DNA of 64,000 nucleotides from Planctomycetota bacterium (GTDB lineage Bacteria; Planctomycetota; UBA8108; SXIK01): NCBI GenBank assembly GCA_965223845.1, contig CBDCXR010000004.1, positions 3,904,001 to 3,968,000 of the forward strand, read 5' to 3'. Shown piece by piece: positions 39,051 to 48,157 of this stretch (position 1 is its first letter; each line of letters starts with the position of its first letter). The notes under the pieces were generated by a model. It saw only the letters and a program-made list of their open reading frames with translations, ran no database searches and was not told where the DNA came from. The position numbers and the translations under genes were made by a program.

Positions 39051-39914
39051 TCAAGGTGCCCCCGCGTGCTCTTCGTCGACGTACGTGCACCCGCGTCGAG
39101 CCCGTCGGCCGGCGCGGCGTTCCTCGACGTGCTGCCAGGCGAGAGTTCGCAGTGGCTCGGGTGAATCCGCGCCGGCGTACGCCGTGATCACCGCGTCAGC
39201 GGCCTCTTCGTCGAGACCGCGCGGAAGATCGATGAGCTGCCCGAGATTGCGCGCCCGGCGGGCGACGTCGAGTTCGCCGACGAAGCGCATCCCCGCTGTA
39301 TCGAGCAGCGCGAATCGACCTTCGTCGGCGCCCCACCACGCGTAGATGTTGTTCGGTTTCAGATCGCGGTGCCAGACGCCCGCGTCGTGCACCGAACGCA
39401 GCCACGCGCCGGCGGCGGCGTGGAGCGCTCGTCGTTCCGCGGCGGATTCGAGAACGCGCTCGCCCAGCCACGTGTACTCGCGCAGTGTACGCCCCCCCTC
39501 GAGGAGCTGCGTCACCAGGTACTCGAATCTCCCGCGCGGCCGGAGGGAGGCGGCAACGACGCGCGGCGTCTCGAACCCGGCGGCGCTGAGTCGCACCGCG
39601 TTCCCGAGCTCGCTCGCGAGCGGAGAGAGAAGCCCGAAGCGATAGCCGATGCGCCAGCGAAGAGGCACCCGAGTCCGCTTGACCGCGACGCTCTCCACTC
39701 GCGTCGCCTCGCTCCAGGACTCCGCCCGCACGTCGTGTCGCGTGACCGCCGTCTTTTCGTCCCGCTTGAGCGTGGCGTCCGATCCGATCGCCGCGGCGTG
39801 GGCCGCGAGGAGTGCGGCGAGGGCGTCGGCCCCGATGGGAACCGATGCGATGAAGAGTCCGGCGCTTCGAACGCGTACGCGGTGAATCGAGAAGCGATCG
39901 CCAAGCGCGCTCAC
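39051..39914 (-). CDS. Lipopolysaccharide kinase (Kdo/WaaP/InaA family)
   Basis: VAVK, GFETPRV, HDAGVWHRDLKPNNI, FALLDT; coupled to two glycosyltransferases. Confidence 0.82.
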   Translation of the reverse strand: MSALGDRFSIHRVRVRSAGLFIASVPIGADALAALLAAHAAAIGSDATLKRDEKTAVTRHDVRAESWSEATRVESVAVKRTRVPLRWRIGYRFGLLSPLASELGNAVRLSAAGFETPRVVAASLRPRGRFEYLVTQLLEGGRTLREYTWLGERVLESAAERRALHAAAGAWLRSVHDAGVWHRDLKPNNIYAWWGADEGRFALLDTAGMRFVGELDVARRARNLGQLIDLPRGLDEEAADAVITAYAGADSPEPLRTLAWQHVEERRAGRRARRGCTYVDEEHAGAP

Positions 39915-41125
39915 AGCCCCTCCCTCGATCCGGCCACTTCCTCGTAGATCTGCTCGAGCGTGAGAAAGTGTCGCTCCCAGCGGAATTCCTCCGCTCGTCT
40001 ACGCGCTGCGACTCGGATCGACTCGAGATCCGGTGTCGCGAAGAATCGGCGGAGCGACTCGGCGAGTGCACCGGCGTCCGTCCGCGCGAGCCTCCAGCCG
40101 TTCACGCCGTCCTCGATCCACTCGGCGGCCCCGGTCGTGGGCGAGACGATCACCGGCGTCCCAGAGGCCAGGGCCTCGCCGGCGATGTTTCCGAATGCGT
40201 CGAAGTAGCTCGGAAGGAGAAGGGCATCCGCGCCGGCCAGCAGCTCCGGGATGTCACTCCTCGGGCCGACGAAGAACACGAGCGACTCGAGGCCGCGAGC
40301 GCGGACGCGTTCGCGGTAGACGTCGAGGCGCGAGTCGCGACCGGCGACGACGAGCGCGGTCTCCGGCAGGTCTCCGGCGTCCTTCAGATCGACGAGTGCG
40401 TCGAGAACGAGATCGAGTCCTTTCCGTTCGAAATCATTCGCGACGAAGCCGAGATAGCGCCGCTCGTCGGCCGACTGGGGTGGCGCGCCCGTCCACTCGG
40501 CGAGCAGCCTTCGCCCCTCCTCGCGCAAATCCGGCCGGAATCGCTCGCAGTCGACACCGCTGTAGACGACGCGAATCCGCTCCGGCGGAAACGCGTACCG
40601 CCGGATGATCTGCTCGCGAACGAACTCGCTGATCGCGACGACGAGCCGAGGTCGGCGCTCGACGTATCGCAAGCGCTCGATGCGGCGGATCACACGATCG
40701 ATCGGATTGAATCGATAATAGAGCGATCGCGCCCCGCGACGGTTGACACGCGAAAGGAACTGCTCGCAGTAGTCGTCCCAGCAGCCCGATCCGTCGCGGT
40801 AGAGGTTGTGGGTGTAGGTCCGGGAGAACCCGTGTACGACGTCGTACGCGTTCGATCGGTGCTCGCGTTCGATGCACCGTCGACTGAACCGAGCGAACGA
40901 CCACACGCGAAGCGGCCGCGGCGAGCGAACGAAGGGAACGCGCACGAGACGGAGGCGCGGGTGCTGCGGCGCGTACGGGAAGCGACCGGCGAAGAAATCG
41001 ACGGAATGACCGTGATCGAGGAGGTAGCGCACGAGGACGCGCACGTAGCCCTCGACGCCGCCCGATTCGGCAAGGCGCGTGTGGTTGAGGGCGATTCGCA
41101 GCGAGCGGCGTGTCGTTTCTACCAT
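39911..41125 (-). CDS. Glycosyltransferase family 4 (WaaG/RfaG-like)
   Basis: GGVEGY, VAISEFV, VVYSGVD..RF, NDFERKGL, LLPSYFDAFGN..EALASGTPVI. Confidence 0.88.
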   Translation of the reverse strand: MVETTRRSLRIALNHTRLAESGGVEGYVRVLVRYLLDHGHSVDFFAGRFPYAPQHPRLRLVRVPFVRSPRPLRVWSFARFSRRCIEREHRSNAYDVVHGFSRTYTHNLYRDGSGCWDDYCEQFLSRVNRRGARSLYYRFNPIDRVIRRIERLRYVERRPRLVVAISEFVREQIIRRYAFPPERIRVVYSGVDCERFRPDLREEGRRLLAEWTGAPPQSADERRYLGFVANDFERKGLDLVLDALVDLKDAGDLPETALVVAGRDSRLDVYRERVRARGLESLVFFVGPRSDIPELLAGADALLLPSYFDAFGNIAGEALASGTPVIVSPTTGAAEWIEDGVNGWRLARTDAGALAESLRRFFATPDLESIRVAARRRAEEFRWERHFLTLEQIYEEVAGSREGL

Positions 41126-41153
41126 CGGCTCGACCCGCGACGTTCTGCCCGAC

Positions 41154-41969
41154 TCAGGCCGGCCGCTCCGCCTCGGACAACTGTCGAAGCCCCTGCTCGC
41201 ACACGACCGGGATGTCGTCTCGCGTCGCGTAGGCGCGGTTGCGCTTGGCGATGTCCTTCGTCTTCGTCGGCTCCACGGGATGCCACATGTGCATGACGAG
41301 CGCGGTGCCGTAGAGCGAGTACGGCCGGACGCCGACGCGGCGGAGACGCTCTCGCACGTCGCCGTCCGCCGAACCCCAGCCCGTGAATTGCTCGTCGTAG
41401 CCGTTGATCTCGTAGAGCCGCTCGCGCGAGCACGAGTAGTTGAGGCCCATGTTGTGCGGGCGACGTGGCTTCCGGCGGAAGATCTCCCACGCGGCCTTGG
41501 TGCGCTTGCGAAACACTTCGATCTTCCGGGCTCGCGTGTAAAGCCGGAGGAACTCGCCGGTCGCGACGGACTCGCGCGTCAGGCGTTCGGTCTCGTCCTC
41601 TTCGAGCCGGAAGTACCCGCCGCAGAGGAGGCGATCGGCCGCGGCATGACGATGATGCTGCTCGACCAGATCGGGAAAGGCGAGCGAATCGCAGTCGCTG
41701 AAGAGGATCCAGTCCCCGTCGCTCGCGGCGATCCCTCGATTGAGAATCGCAGCCCGGCGATGCCCCGCGTGCTCCTGCCGAACGTACTTGAGATCGATCG
41801 CGGGCGCTCGCACGCGAAAGGCCTCGACGACCTCCGGCGTGTCATCCGTCGAGCCGTCGTCGGCGACGACGATCTCGAACCGAGAATCGGTCTGACGCGT
41901 GTAGCTCTCGAGGGCGAGATCGAGCAGATACCCGCGGTTGTAGGTGTTGAGGATGACGGACGTCTTCAT
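41154..41969 (-). CDS. Glycosyltransferase family 2
   Basis: SVILNTYN, VADDGSTD, ILNRGI, FSDCD (DxD), INGYDEQFTGWGSAD, HMWH. Confidence 0.92.
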   Translation of the reverse strand: MKTSVILNTYNRGYLLDLALESYTRQTDSRFEIVVADDGSTDDTPEVVEAFRVRAPAIDLKYVRQEHAGHRRAAILNRGIAASDGDWILFSDCDSLAFPDLVEQHHRHAAADRLLCGGYFRLEEDETERLTRESVATGEFLRLYTRARKIEVFRKRTKAAWEIFRRKPRRPHNMGLNYSCSRERLYEINGYDEQFTGWGSADGDVRERLRRVGVRPYSLYGTALVMHMWHPVEPTKTKDIAKRNRAYATRDDIPVVCEQGLRQLSEAERPA

Positions 41970-42051
41970 CGCGGCGATCGTCGGCGTCTGATCGTACGGC
42001 TCCAGCGAGCCGCATTCTCTTCGAATCGCGACGCGAATGCCACCGAGCCGA

Positions 42052-42100
42052 CGCGAAAGAGAAACGGGCCCGAGTCGATCGCTCGACTCGAGCCCGTTTC
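42052..42100 (-). terminator. Probable terminator hairpin after the Cys-repeat gene
   Basis: 18-bp stem 42061-42078 / 42083-42100 with one mismatch that becomes a G-U pair on the minus strand, followed by UCUUU. Confidence 0.7.
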
Positions 42101-42137
42101 CGTCACGTGGCGGCCGAAAGTGAGCCTCTGCTCGAGA

Positions 42138-44480
42138 TCACTCCCAGCAGACGTGCGGATCGAAGGTCGGATCTTGACCCGCGGCCACCGGGCCCGGTGC
42201 CGGCGGCTCGTCACCGTCGGCGAAGAGCCAGAGGAGGGAGTGGACCGGATCCGATACGTCCACCGAACCGTCGTCGTTCGAATCGAGCCGATCGAGGCAG
42301 CGAAGGCCGAGCGGCCCGCCGCCGCGCGAGAAGAGCCCGTTCAAGGTGTTGATCGCGTCGGCGACGTCGACTCCACCGTCGAGGTTCGAATCGCCGCGAC
42401 GGAACGGTCGCGGCGGAGCGAAGCGGGCCATCTCGACCCAGTCTTCGAGCTCGCCGAGGCCGACCGTGCAGCGCGCGGTGAAATCGAGGACGAAGAGGTC
42501 GCACTCCTCGGCCGTCCCGCCCTGGGCGAGACAAATCGCGCGGAGGTCCGCACCGCGCTCGGCGCAGAGGGCGTCGGCGGGCAGCAGCCCGACGTCGAGA
42601 CCTCCGGCCATTCCGTCCCCGTCGCCGCCGTCTCCACCATCGTCGCCATCGTCGTCGCAAACCGCGCCGCAGCGCGCGAGGAAACCGTCGACGAGAGCCG
42701 CGCAGTCCTCCTCGCTCCCACCGCGCGAAGCGCAGGCGTCGGCGAGGCGAGCGGCCGCGGCTTCGCAGCGGTCGACGCACGGAGGCGGCGCGGGCGGCTC
42801 ACCGTCACAAGCGGACGAGCAGCCTTCGAGAATCCGATTCCCGAGCTCGGCGCACTCCTCCTCGGAACCGCCGGACTCGGCGCAGCGCGCCATCGCCTCG
42901 CGGGCGATTTGCGCACATCGCTCTTCGCAGGGAAGAGGATCCTCGCCGGCACAGCGAGCGAGGCACACGTCGAGGAATGCGTCAGCCTTGGCGCGACACT
43001 CTTCGGCGTCGCCACCATCGTCCACGCAGGAAGCGAACATGCGCTCCGAGACGTCGCCGCAGCGATCGTCGCAGCTCGGCGGTTGGGGCGGCTCGGGTCG
43101 CTCACAAGCGGCCGCGCACTCCTCAGCGAACTCGGCGGCCTTCGCATCGCATTCGCCCGGATCACCGCCGTCGGCGAGACAGGCCTCACGTACCGCGTCG
43201 GCGCGCCGCGCGCAGCGATCTTCGCAGGTCGGCGGCATCGGCGGCGGCTCTGCGCAGCCTCGGTTGCACGCGGCGAGGAACTTCGCGATGCGCGCTTCGC
43301 ACTCTTCCTCGCTCAACCCGAGTGCACTGCAGAGCCGACCGAGAGCCGGCACTGCGCGATCGCAGCGACTCCCGCAGTCCGGTGGGAACGAACGACGGCA
43401 CTGCCGCACGCACTCGTCGCGAAGAGCGCGCCCTTCGACCTCACAGACCTCAGCTTCTCCGCCGTCCGCGATGCACTGCTCGACCGCGTCGGCCGCGAGA
43501 TCGCTGCATTCGCGTCCGCACGAGGGAGGCGCCGGCGGTCCGTCGCACCGCCCGAGGCAAGCCTCGAGTGCGGTGTCGGCTCGTGCCGCGCACTCTTCCG
43601 CGTCTCCGCCGGCGTCCATGCATGCGGTCACGATGTGATCCCGCACCCTGGCGCAGCGGTCTTCGCAAGTCGGCGGCTCGGGACGATCGCGATCCCCACG
43701 ATCATCGCAAGCGTCGAGACAGCCGCGCAGCGCTTCCTCGGCCGCCGCGGCGCATTCCGCCGGATCACCGCCCGCCTCGAGACACTCGGCCAGACCGGCC
43801 TTGCTCTCCTGACCGCAGAGACCCGCGCACGACGGCGCGTGGAGCCCCTCGCAACCGCGGTGGCAGCTCTCGCGGACTCGCGCTGCGATCGCCTCGCACT
43901 CTTCACCATCGCGTCCGGTGAGCTCGCAAGCGGCCGCGACTGCTGCCGCCGCGCGGTCACAACGATCCTCACACGAGGGTGGAGTCCCGACGCATTCAGC
44001 GAGACACATCTCGAGGTGCGCCGCCGCGTTCGCTTCGCACTCGGCCGGATCGCCGCCTTCGCCCACGCAGGCTTCGCGCATCGCAGCCGCATTCGCGGCG
44101 CACGTCGACGGACAGTCCGGTGGAATCGGTCGATCGCAGAACGCGAGGCACGCGCCCACGGCCTCCTCGACCTTCGCGGCGCATTCTTCTTCCGTGCCGC
44201 CGAGACGCTCGCACATCGTCGCGACGCGCTCGCCGAGCGCTTCGCAAGTCGACGCGCAGTGGACTCCCGGATCGACCGGGTCACCCCCGTCGCACCGCTC
44301 GCGCAGGGCATCGGCCGCCGCGGCACATTCTTCCGGCGTTCCGCCGCGGCGCTCACACTGCGCCTGGAGCGCGTCGGCTGCCTCGTCGCAGTCGATCACG
44401 AACTGGGCCTCGAGCGCGGTCGCGCTGAAGCCAACAATCAAGACTGCACTGCAGAGCGCAGCAGGGATCGAGATTCTCAT
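42138..44480 (-). CDS. Secreted cysteine-rich tandem helical-hairpin repeat protein with C-terminal dockerin-like module
   Basis: GGAGG RBS before ATG 44480; signal peptide MRISIPAALCSAVLIVGFSATALEA; 11 full and 2 partial Cys repeats; C-terminal FRRGDSNLDG..DSNDDG..DPV..LF. Confidence 0.88.
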   Translation of the reverse strand: MRISIPAALCSAVLIVGFSATALEAQFVIDCDEAADALQAQCERRGGTPEECAAAADALRERCDGGDPVDPGVHCASTCEALGERVATMCERLGGTEEECAAKVEEAVGACLAFCDRPIPPDCPSTCAANAAAMREACVGEGGDPAECEANAAAHLEMCLAECVGTPPSCEDRCDRAAAAVAAACELTGRDGEECEAIAARVRESCHRGCEGLHAPSCAGLCGQESKAGLAECLEAGGDPAECAAAAEEALRGCLDACDDRGDRDRPEPPTCEDRCARVRDHIVTACMDAGGDAEECAARADTALEACLGRCDGPPAPPSCGRECSDLAADAVEQCIADGGEAEVCEVEGRALRDECVRQCRRSFPPDCGSRCDRAVPALGRLCSALGLSEEECEARIAKFLAACNRGCAEPPPMPPTCEDRCARRADAVREACLADGGDPGECDAKAAEFAEECAAACERPEPPQPPSCDDRCGDVSERMFASCVDDGGDAEECRAKADAFLDVCLARCAGEDPLPCEERCAQIAREAMARCAESGGSEEECAELGNRILEGCSSACDGEPPAPPPCVDRCEAAAARLADACASRGGSEEDCAALVDGFLARCGAVCDDDGDDGGDGGDGDGMAGGLDVGLLPADALCAERGADLRAICLAQGGTAEECDLFVLDFTARCTVGLGELEDWVEMARFAPPRPFRRGDSNLDGGVDVADAINTLNGLFSRGGGPLGLRCLDRLDSNDDGSVDVSDPVHSLLWLFADGDEPPAPGPVAAGQDPTFDPHVCWE

Positions 44481-44791
44481 GGATTCCTCCTCGGGTCGTT
44501 CCCGACGGTTCATTCCGTTCGCTTTGTGCTCGCTCGTCGTACGCCCCGGCGCGCCTGGGCGCGCCGTCAATCGACGCCGCTGGGACGTCATCACCCACAT
44601 ACTCTTGTAGCAAACACGAGACCACGGCGTCGTTTCCCGTCGCAACGTCAATGGTATCAGGAAGTTCGATTCCGGCGATCCCGTCGCAGCGTCAGGCTGT
44701 CTTTACACTGCGTTTCTCGCTCCTTGAAGAGATTGTTCCCGGAGCGAAACCGAACAGACTCCGAACGAGCGGCTCCCGACTGAGACGCCGT

Positions 44792-45136
44792 TCAGTCGTC
44801 GTCGCGGCCCGACGTCCGCGTCAAGTTGAGGCCGGCGATCCGCACCACGCGCCGCTTCGCGACTTCGAGCGCGTAAAACTCGAGCACTTTGTGATGCTGG
44901 CGCGGCGAAAACCGGTACGGGCGCGGATGGCGAACGATGCCGAACTCGATGCGTTCAACGGTGTCGCCCTCGCCGAGCTCCCAGCCCTGGACTACGCAGC
45001 GCGGAGCGTGTCGGGGCTTGAGGGATGTGCCCGCGAGCGACTTCGGATCGCGGAGCGCCTCGTCGAGCGTGCGAACGACGAGACGTTCGACCTCTCGTCT
45101 CCGGCGTCGTTTCGCCAGCCAACTCCGCAATCCCAT
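44792..45136 (-). CDS. Hypothetical protein (114 aa)
   Basis: Fills the gap between co-oriented genes and has protein-like composition (FGIVRHPRPYRFS..VLEFY); no family recognised. Confidence 0.6.
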   Translation of the reverse strand: MGLRSWLAKRRRRREVERLVVRTLDEALRDPKSLAGTSLKPRHAPRCVVQGWELGEGDTVERIEFGIVRHPRPYRFSPRQHHKVLEFYALEVAKRRVVRIAGLNLTRTSGRDDD

Positions 45137-45183
45137 CGCTCGGCTACGCTCGTTCGGGGAGAGATGAGGACTCTCCCCTCTTC

Positions 45184-45217
45184 AAAAGAAAAGGGCGGAG
45201 GCCAACGCCTCCGCCCT
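45184..45217 (-). terminator. Rho-independent terminator
   Basis: Perfect 11-bp stem AGGGCGGAGGC / GCCTCCGCCCT with a 4-nt loop, then UUUCUUUU on the minus strand. Confidence 0.88.
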
Positions 45218-45270
45218 CGCTTGTCAACCGGCCGCAGCTCCGCGCCTCGTTGCGCGAAGGCGGACGACGG

Positions 45271-46167
45271 TCAGTCGCCCTTCTGGGGCTCGTCTTTTTT
45301 CTTCTTCTTGTATCCGCGAGCGTGCTCGGGCACGCCGTAGTTGTACTTGTACTGCTTGATCCCCATGTCGATGAACTTCGCCACATCGAAGGATTCAAAC
45401 GGTGCGAACGGTTGCTCGGCGAGCCGCTCGTGGAGGACTTGGTCCGCGGTCTTGAGCGACCCCGTGACAAAGCCTTTCTCGCGCTTGAAGTCGCTCTCTT
45501 TCCGCTTCGCGATATTGCTGTAATCGAATCCCTGCAGCTTGCTCACGCGACTCATGGACTCCGCGTTCACGTACGCCTGCTGGAGATGGAAGTCGAGGAA
45601 CTTCTCGTTCTTCTCCGCGCGCGAAAACTTCTTCGAGACGTAGAGCCTCCCAAGCTTCACGGCGAGCTTGGCCTCCTCGAGGAAGTGAACCGGATTCCAG
45701 TAGCCCGGGAGCGCGTTGAGGATGCGTCCGTCCGGCGTCATGAAGAACATCTGGACGTTGTGATGTCCCGACGAGTTGTTGACGTTCATCGCCGGGTAAT
45801 GCGGGAGGTGTTTGTTCGACTTTCCCGCGTACGGGAGCTTCCCCTCGATGTTCGTCCAGCCGCGGACGAAATACTTATCGAGGAGTGCGTCGACCTTTTC
45901 GTGAGAGAGCGTCACGGCCCTCAGGGAGTGCCCGGCGCTTCACAAGCCGCCGCCGAGCTCACCGACGATCTGAAGCCAGAAAATCAGCTTCTTCTCGTCC
46001 GTCGCTCGCTTCTTGAGGGCGTCGAGATCTTTCTGCCACGCCTCCTTCTCGACGACGATCGTCGTCCGCTTGGAGACGTCGCTGCCGCTGACGTGGCGTT
46101 CCACGTTTTGCGCCGCGAGCGTTCCCCCGGAGAGGACGAGCGCGGACATCAGCGCGAGAGTCTTCAT
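45271..46167 (-). CDS. Probable selenoprotein: exported thioredoxin-like fold resembling selenoprotein N, with in-frame UGA at codon 76
   Basis: ORFs 45940..46167 and 45271..45915 share a frame and are separated only by TGA plus 8 sense codons. Joined, they read FWLQIVGELGGGL-U-SAGHSLRAVTLSHEKVDALLDKYFVRGW (298 aa). Confidence 0.72.
45908..45939 (-). promoter_or_regulatory. Candidate bacterial SECIS stem-loop immediately 3' of the UGA
   Basis: AGCGCCGGGCACUCCCUGAGGGCCGUGACGCU folds by eye into AGCG/CGCU, CGG/CCG and CCC/GGG stems, with a G-containing apical loop about 16-19 nt after the UGA. Confidence 0.45.
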
Positions 46168-46290
46168 AAGTTGGGCTCCACTGGTCAGATCCGCAAGCGG
46201 CGACCGAGGGCGTCCGCAGTGCGAAAGATTCCCATCCGGATCCTCTCAGCCTAAGGGAGAGAACTGCCCACTCCAACGACGATCGCGGGC

Positions 46291-47919
46291 TCAGCGGGCG
46301 TTTTCCTCTGCCCACCACGCCTTCCAATCGCTCGCTTTTTCCCCTAAGTCTTTGCCGGCGATAGCGATAAGGGCCTGGTGAACCGCGTTCCTCAGTCGCC
46401 CTTCGGAGACCCCGAGACGCTGGATGAGAGCGGGGACCGCGAGACGGCTCCGGCTCGTTTCGAACGCGGCGGCGAGCGCGAGCCGCTGGTCGACGTCCCT
46501 ATCGGAGGAAAACCGGAGGACGAGTTGGCGCACCGCATCCTCATCGCGGAACTGGGCGATTCCGCCCGCCACCGCGGCGAGAAGTGCGACGAGGCGTTCG
46601 CGCTGCCTTTCCTTGATCTCGACCTTCTTCTCCGAGAGCTCGAGGTTCCGCTGCAGCTTCTCGATCTCGGGGCTCGGTGCGTAGCGCGATCCTTCGCGCT
46701 TGCTCGATCCCTCTCCGTTTTCCCCGCCGCGCAGCTTGTCGGCCTGAGCGACGAGCGTCTTCGCTCGGCGCTTGAGGAAAGCGACGGTGCGATCGAGGTC
46801 GACGAGGAGATCGCGACCGTGGCGATGGACATCGAGCAGTCCGTCGGCCGCGCGCTTTCCGCGCGAGCCGCTCAGTTGCGCAAGCTCGGGCTCGAGCGAC
46901 TCCGGGACGGCTTCCGGGGAAGCGTAGTCGTCGATCTTCTCCGAGAGCGCGGCGACGAGATCGCGCACTTCGCTCGCCGACAGCACGGGCCCCGGCGTCT
47001 TGCGCTGAACCATCGCGGTCGCTGCGTCGTCGTCCGGAGCGCGAGAATCGGCGCTGCTCACGCCCGGGACGATCGTCGTCGTCGCCCGCCTCTCGGCCGA
47101 GCTCCGTGCGGCCGCGAGCTCTTCGGCGAGCTCTTCCCGCTCGACGTGCGCGGCCGTGAGGCTCGCCTTCATCTCATCGAGCTGCGCGCGAATTGTTTCG
47201 ATCTCGCCTTCACGGCCGGCCTCGAGCGTCTGCCGGAGAAGTGCGAGCTCATTTTGATACTTTCGCTCGAGATCTCGAAGCGAGCGCTCGCGTTCCTGAA
47301 GCTTGCCCTGGAGCGCCGCGAAGCGCGCTTCGTCGTTGAGCGCTCGCCTCTCGGCTTCGAGTTGACGTGCCGACTCCGGCGAGAGCGACGACGCAGAAGA
47401 GCGGTCCTCCGTCAGACCGGGGTCGCGATTCCGCGAGACGATCGACCAGGCGATGAGGCCGACGACGGTCACGGCTCCCGCGACGACTCCGATCGTCGCG
47501 AGCGCCCCCGAAGACTCCGAACTCACCCGACTGCCCGCGCGTCTCGGGGAACGCCCGGCGGCGGCTCTCGCGCTCGCTCCCCCCGCCTTGAACCGAAACT
47601 GGAGTCGCCCGAACCGGACGACGTCGCCGTCGCGAAGACGCTGGCCCTCGGAACGCGCGCCGTTGACGCGCGTCGGATTGTGGCTGTCCCCCGCCTCCAC
47701 CACGACCACGTTGCCGTCGCGAATGAGCACGCAATGCCGGCGCGAGACGGTCGTGTCGGCGAGCTCGAGGTCGCACTCCGGAGACCGACCGACGACGGTT
47801 CTCCCCTCGGTGAGAACGTGAACGAGCTCCTCGTTCCCGTCTTCGTCTCCGCTGATCAGCACGAGACGCGGCTCTTGGCTGGACATGAAGCGAACCTCGG
47901 AGTCGGATCTCTTCCCCAT
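46291..47919 (-). CDS. FHA domain, TM helix, coiled-coil and HEAT-repeat protein
   Basis: VGRSPECDL..TVSRRHC..S.NPTRVNG..LRDGDVVRFG (FHA); TM IGVVAGAVTVVGLIAWSIV; C-terminal AVPALIQRL..AL.AIAGKDLG..WKAWW. Confidence 0.88.
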   Translation of the reverse strand: MGKRSDSEVRFMSSQEPRLVLISGDEDGNEELVHVLTEGRTVVGRSPECDLELADTTVSRRHCVLIRDGNVVVVEAGDSHNPTRVNGARSEGQRLRDGDVVRFGRLQFRFKAGGASARAAAGRSPRRAGSRVSSESSGALATIGVVAGAVTVVGLIAWSIVSRNRDPGLTEDRSSASSLSPESARQLEAERRALNDEARFAALQGKLQERERSLRDLERKYQNELALLRQTLEAGREGEIETIRAQLDEMKASLTAAHVEREELAEELAAARSSAERRATTTIVPGVSSADSRAPDDDAATAMVQRKTPGPVLSASEVRDLVAALSEKIDDYASPEAVPESLEPELAQLSGSRGKRAADGLLDVHRHGRDLLVDLDRTVAFLKRRAKTLVAQADKLRGGENGEGSSKREGSRYAPSPEIEKLQRNLELSEKKVEIKERQRERLVALLAAVAGGIAQFRDEDAVRQLVLRFSSDRDVDQRLALAAAFETSRSRLAVPALIQRLGVSEGRLRNAVHQALIAIAGKDLGEKASDWKAWWAEENAR

Positions 47920-48157
47920 CTCTTCGTCGCCGCGACGGATCGCGGGCTACGTTCGCCTGAGTCGATGGCCAGTCTAGCCTAACCTCTTCGGGGACGATCG
48001 CCAACTCGCCGCCGGTCGCCGGGGGGCGAGACCCACCGGAATCGCGCCGCCGCGCTGGGCGCGAGAACGCGCGTTGCGCTAGGATCGATCGCGTTCTGTC
48101 ACTCTTCGATGGTGTAAGTCTCCTTCAGTTGTGGTCCCCGTCGGAGGAAGTACGACC

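Noticed and set aside
42400-44400. Periodic DNA similarity suggesting a CRISPR array or tandem DNA repeat
   Set aside because: The periodicity is at protein level (Cys repeats); there are no identical direct repeats with unique spacers.
41079-44783. 1234-aa plus-strand ORF
   Set aside because: Antisense shadow of the GT2 and Cys-repeat genes. It is R/A-rich with no motifs, and long stop-free antisense frames are expected at this GC content. The same applies to 10986..13193, 14765..15979 and similar ORFs.
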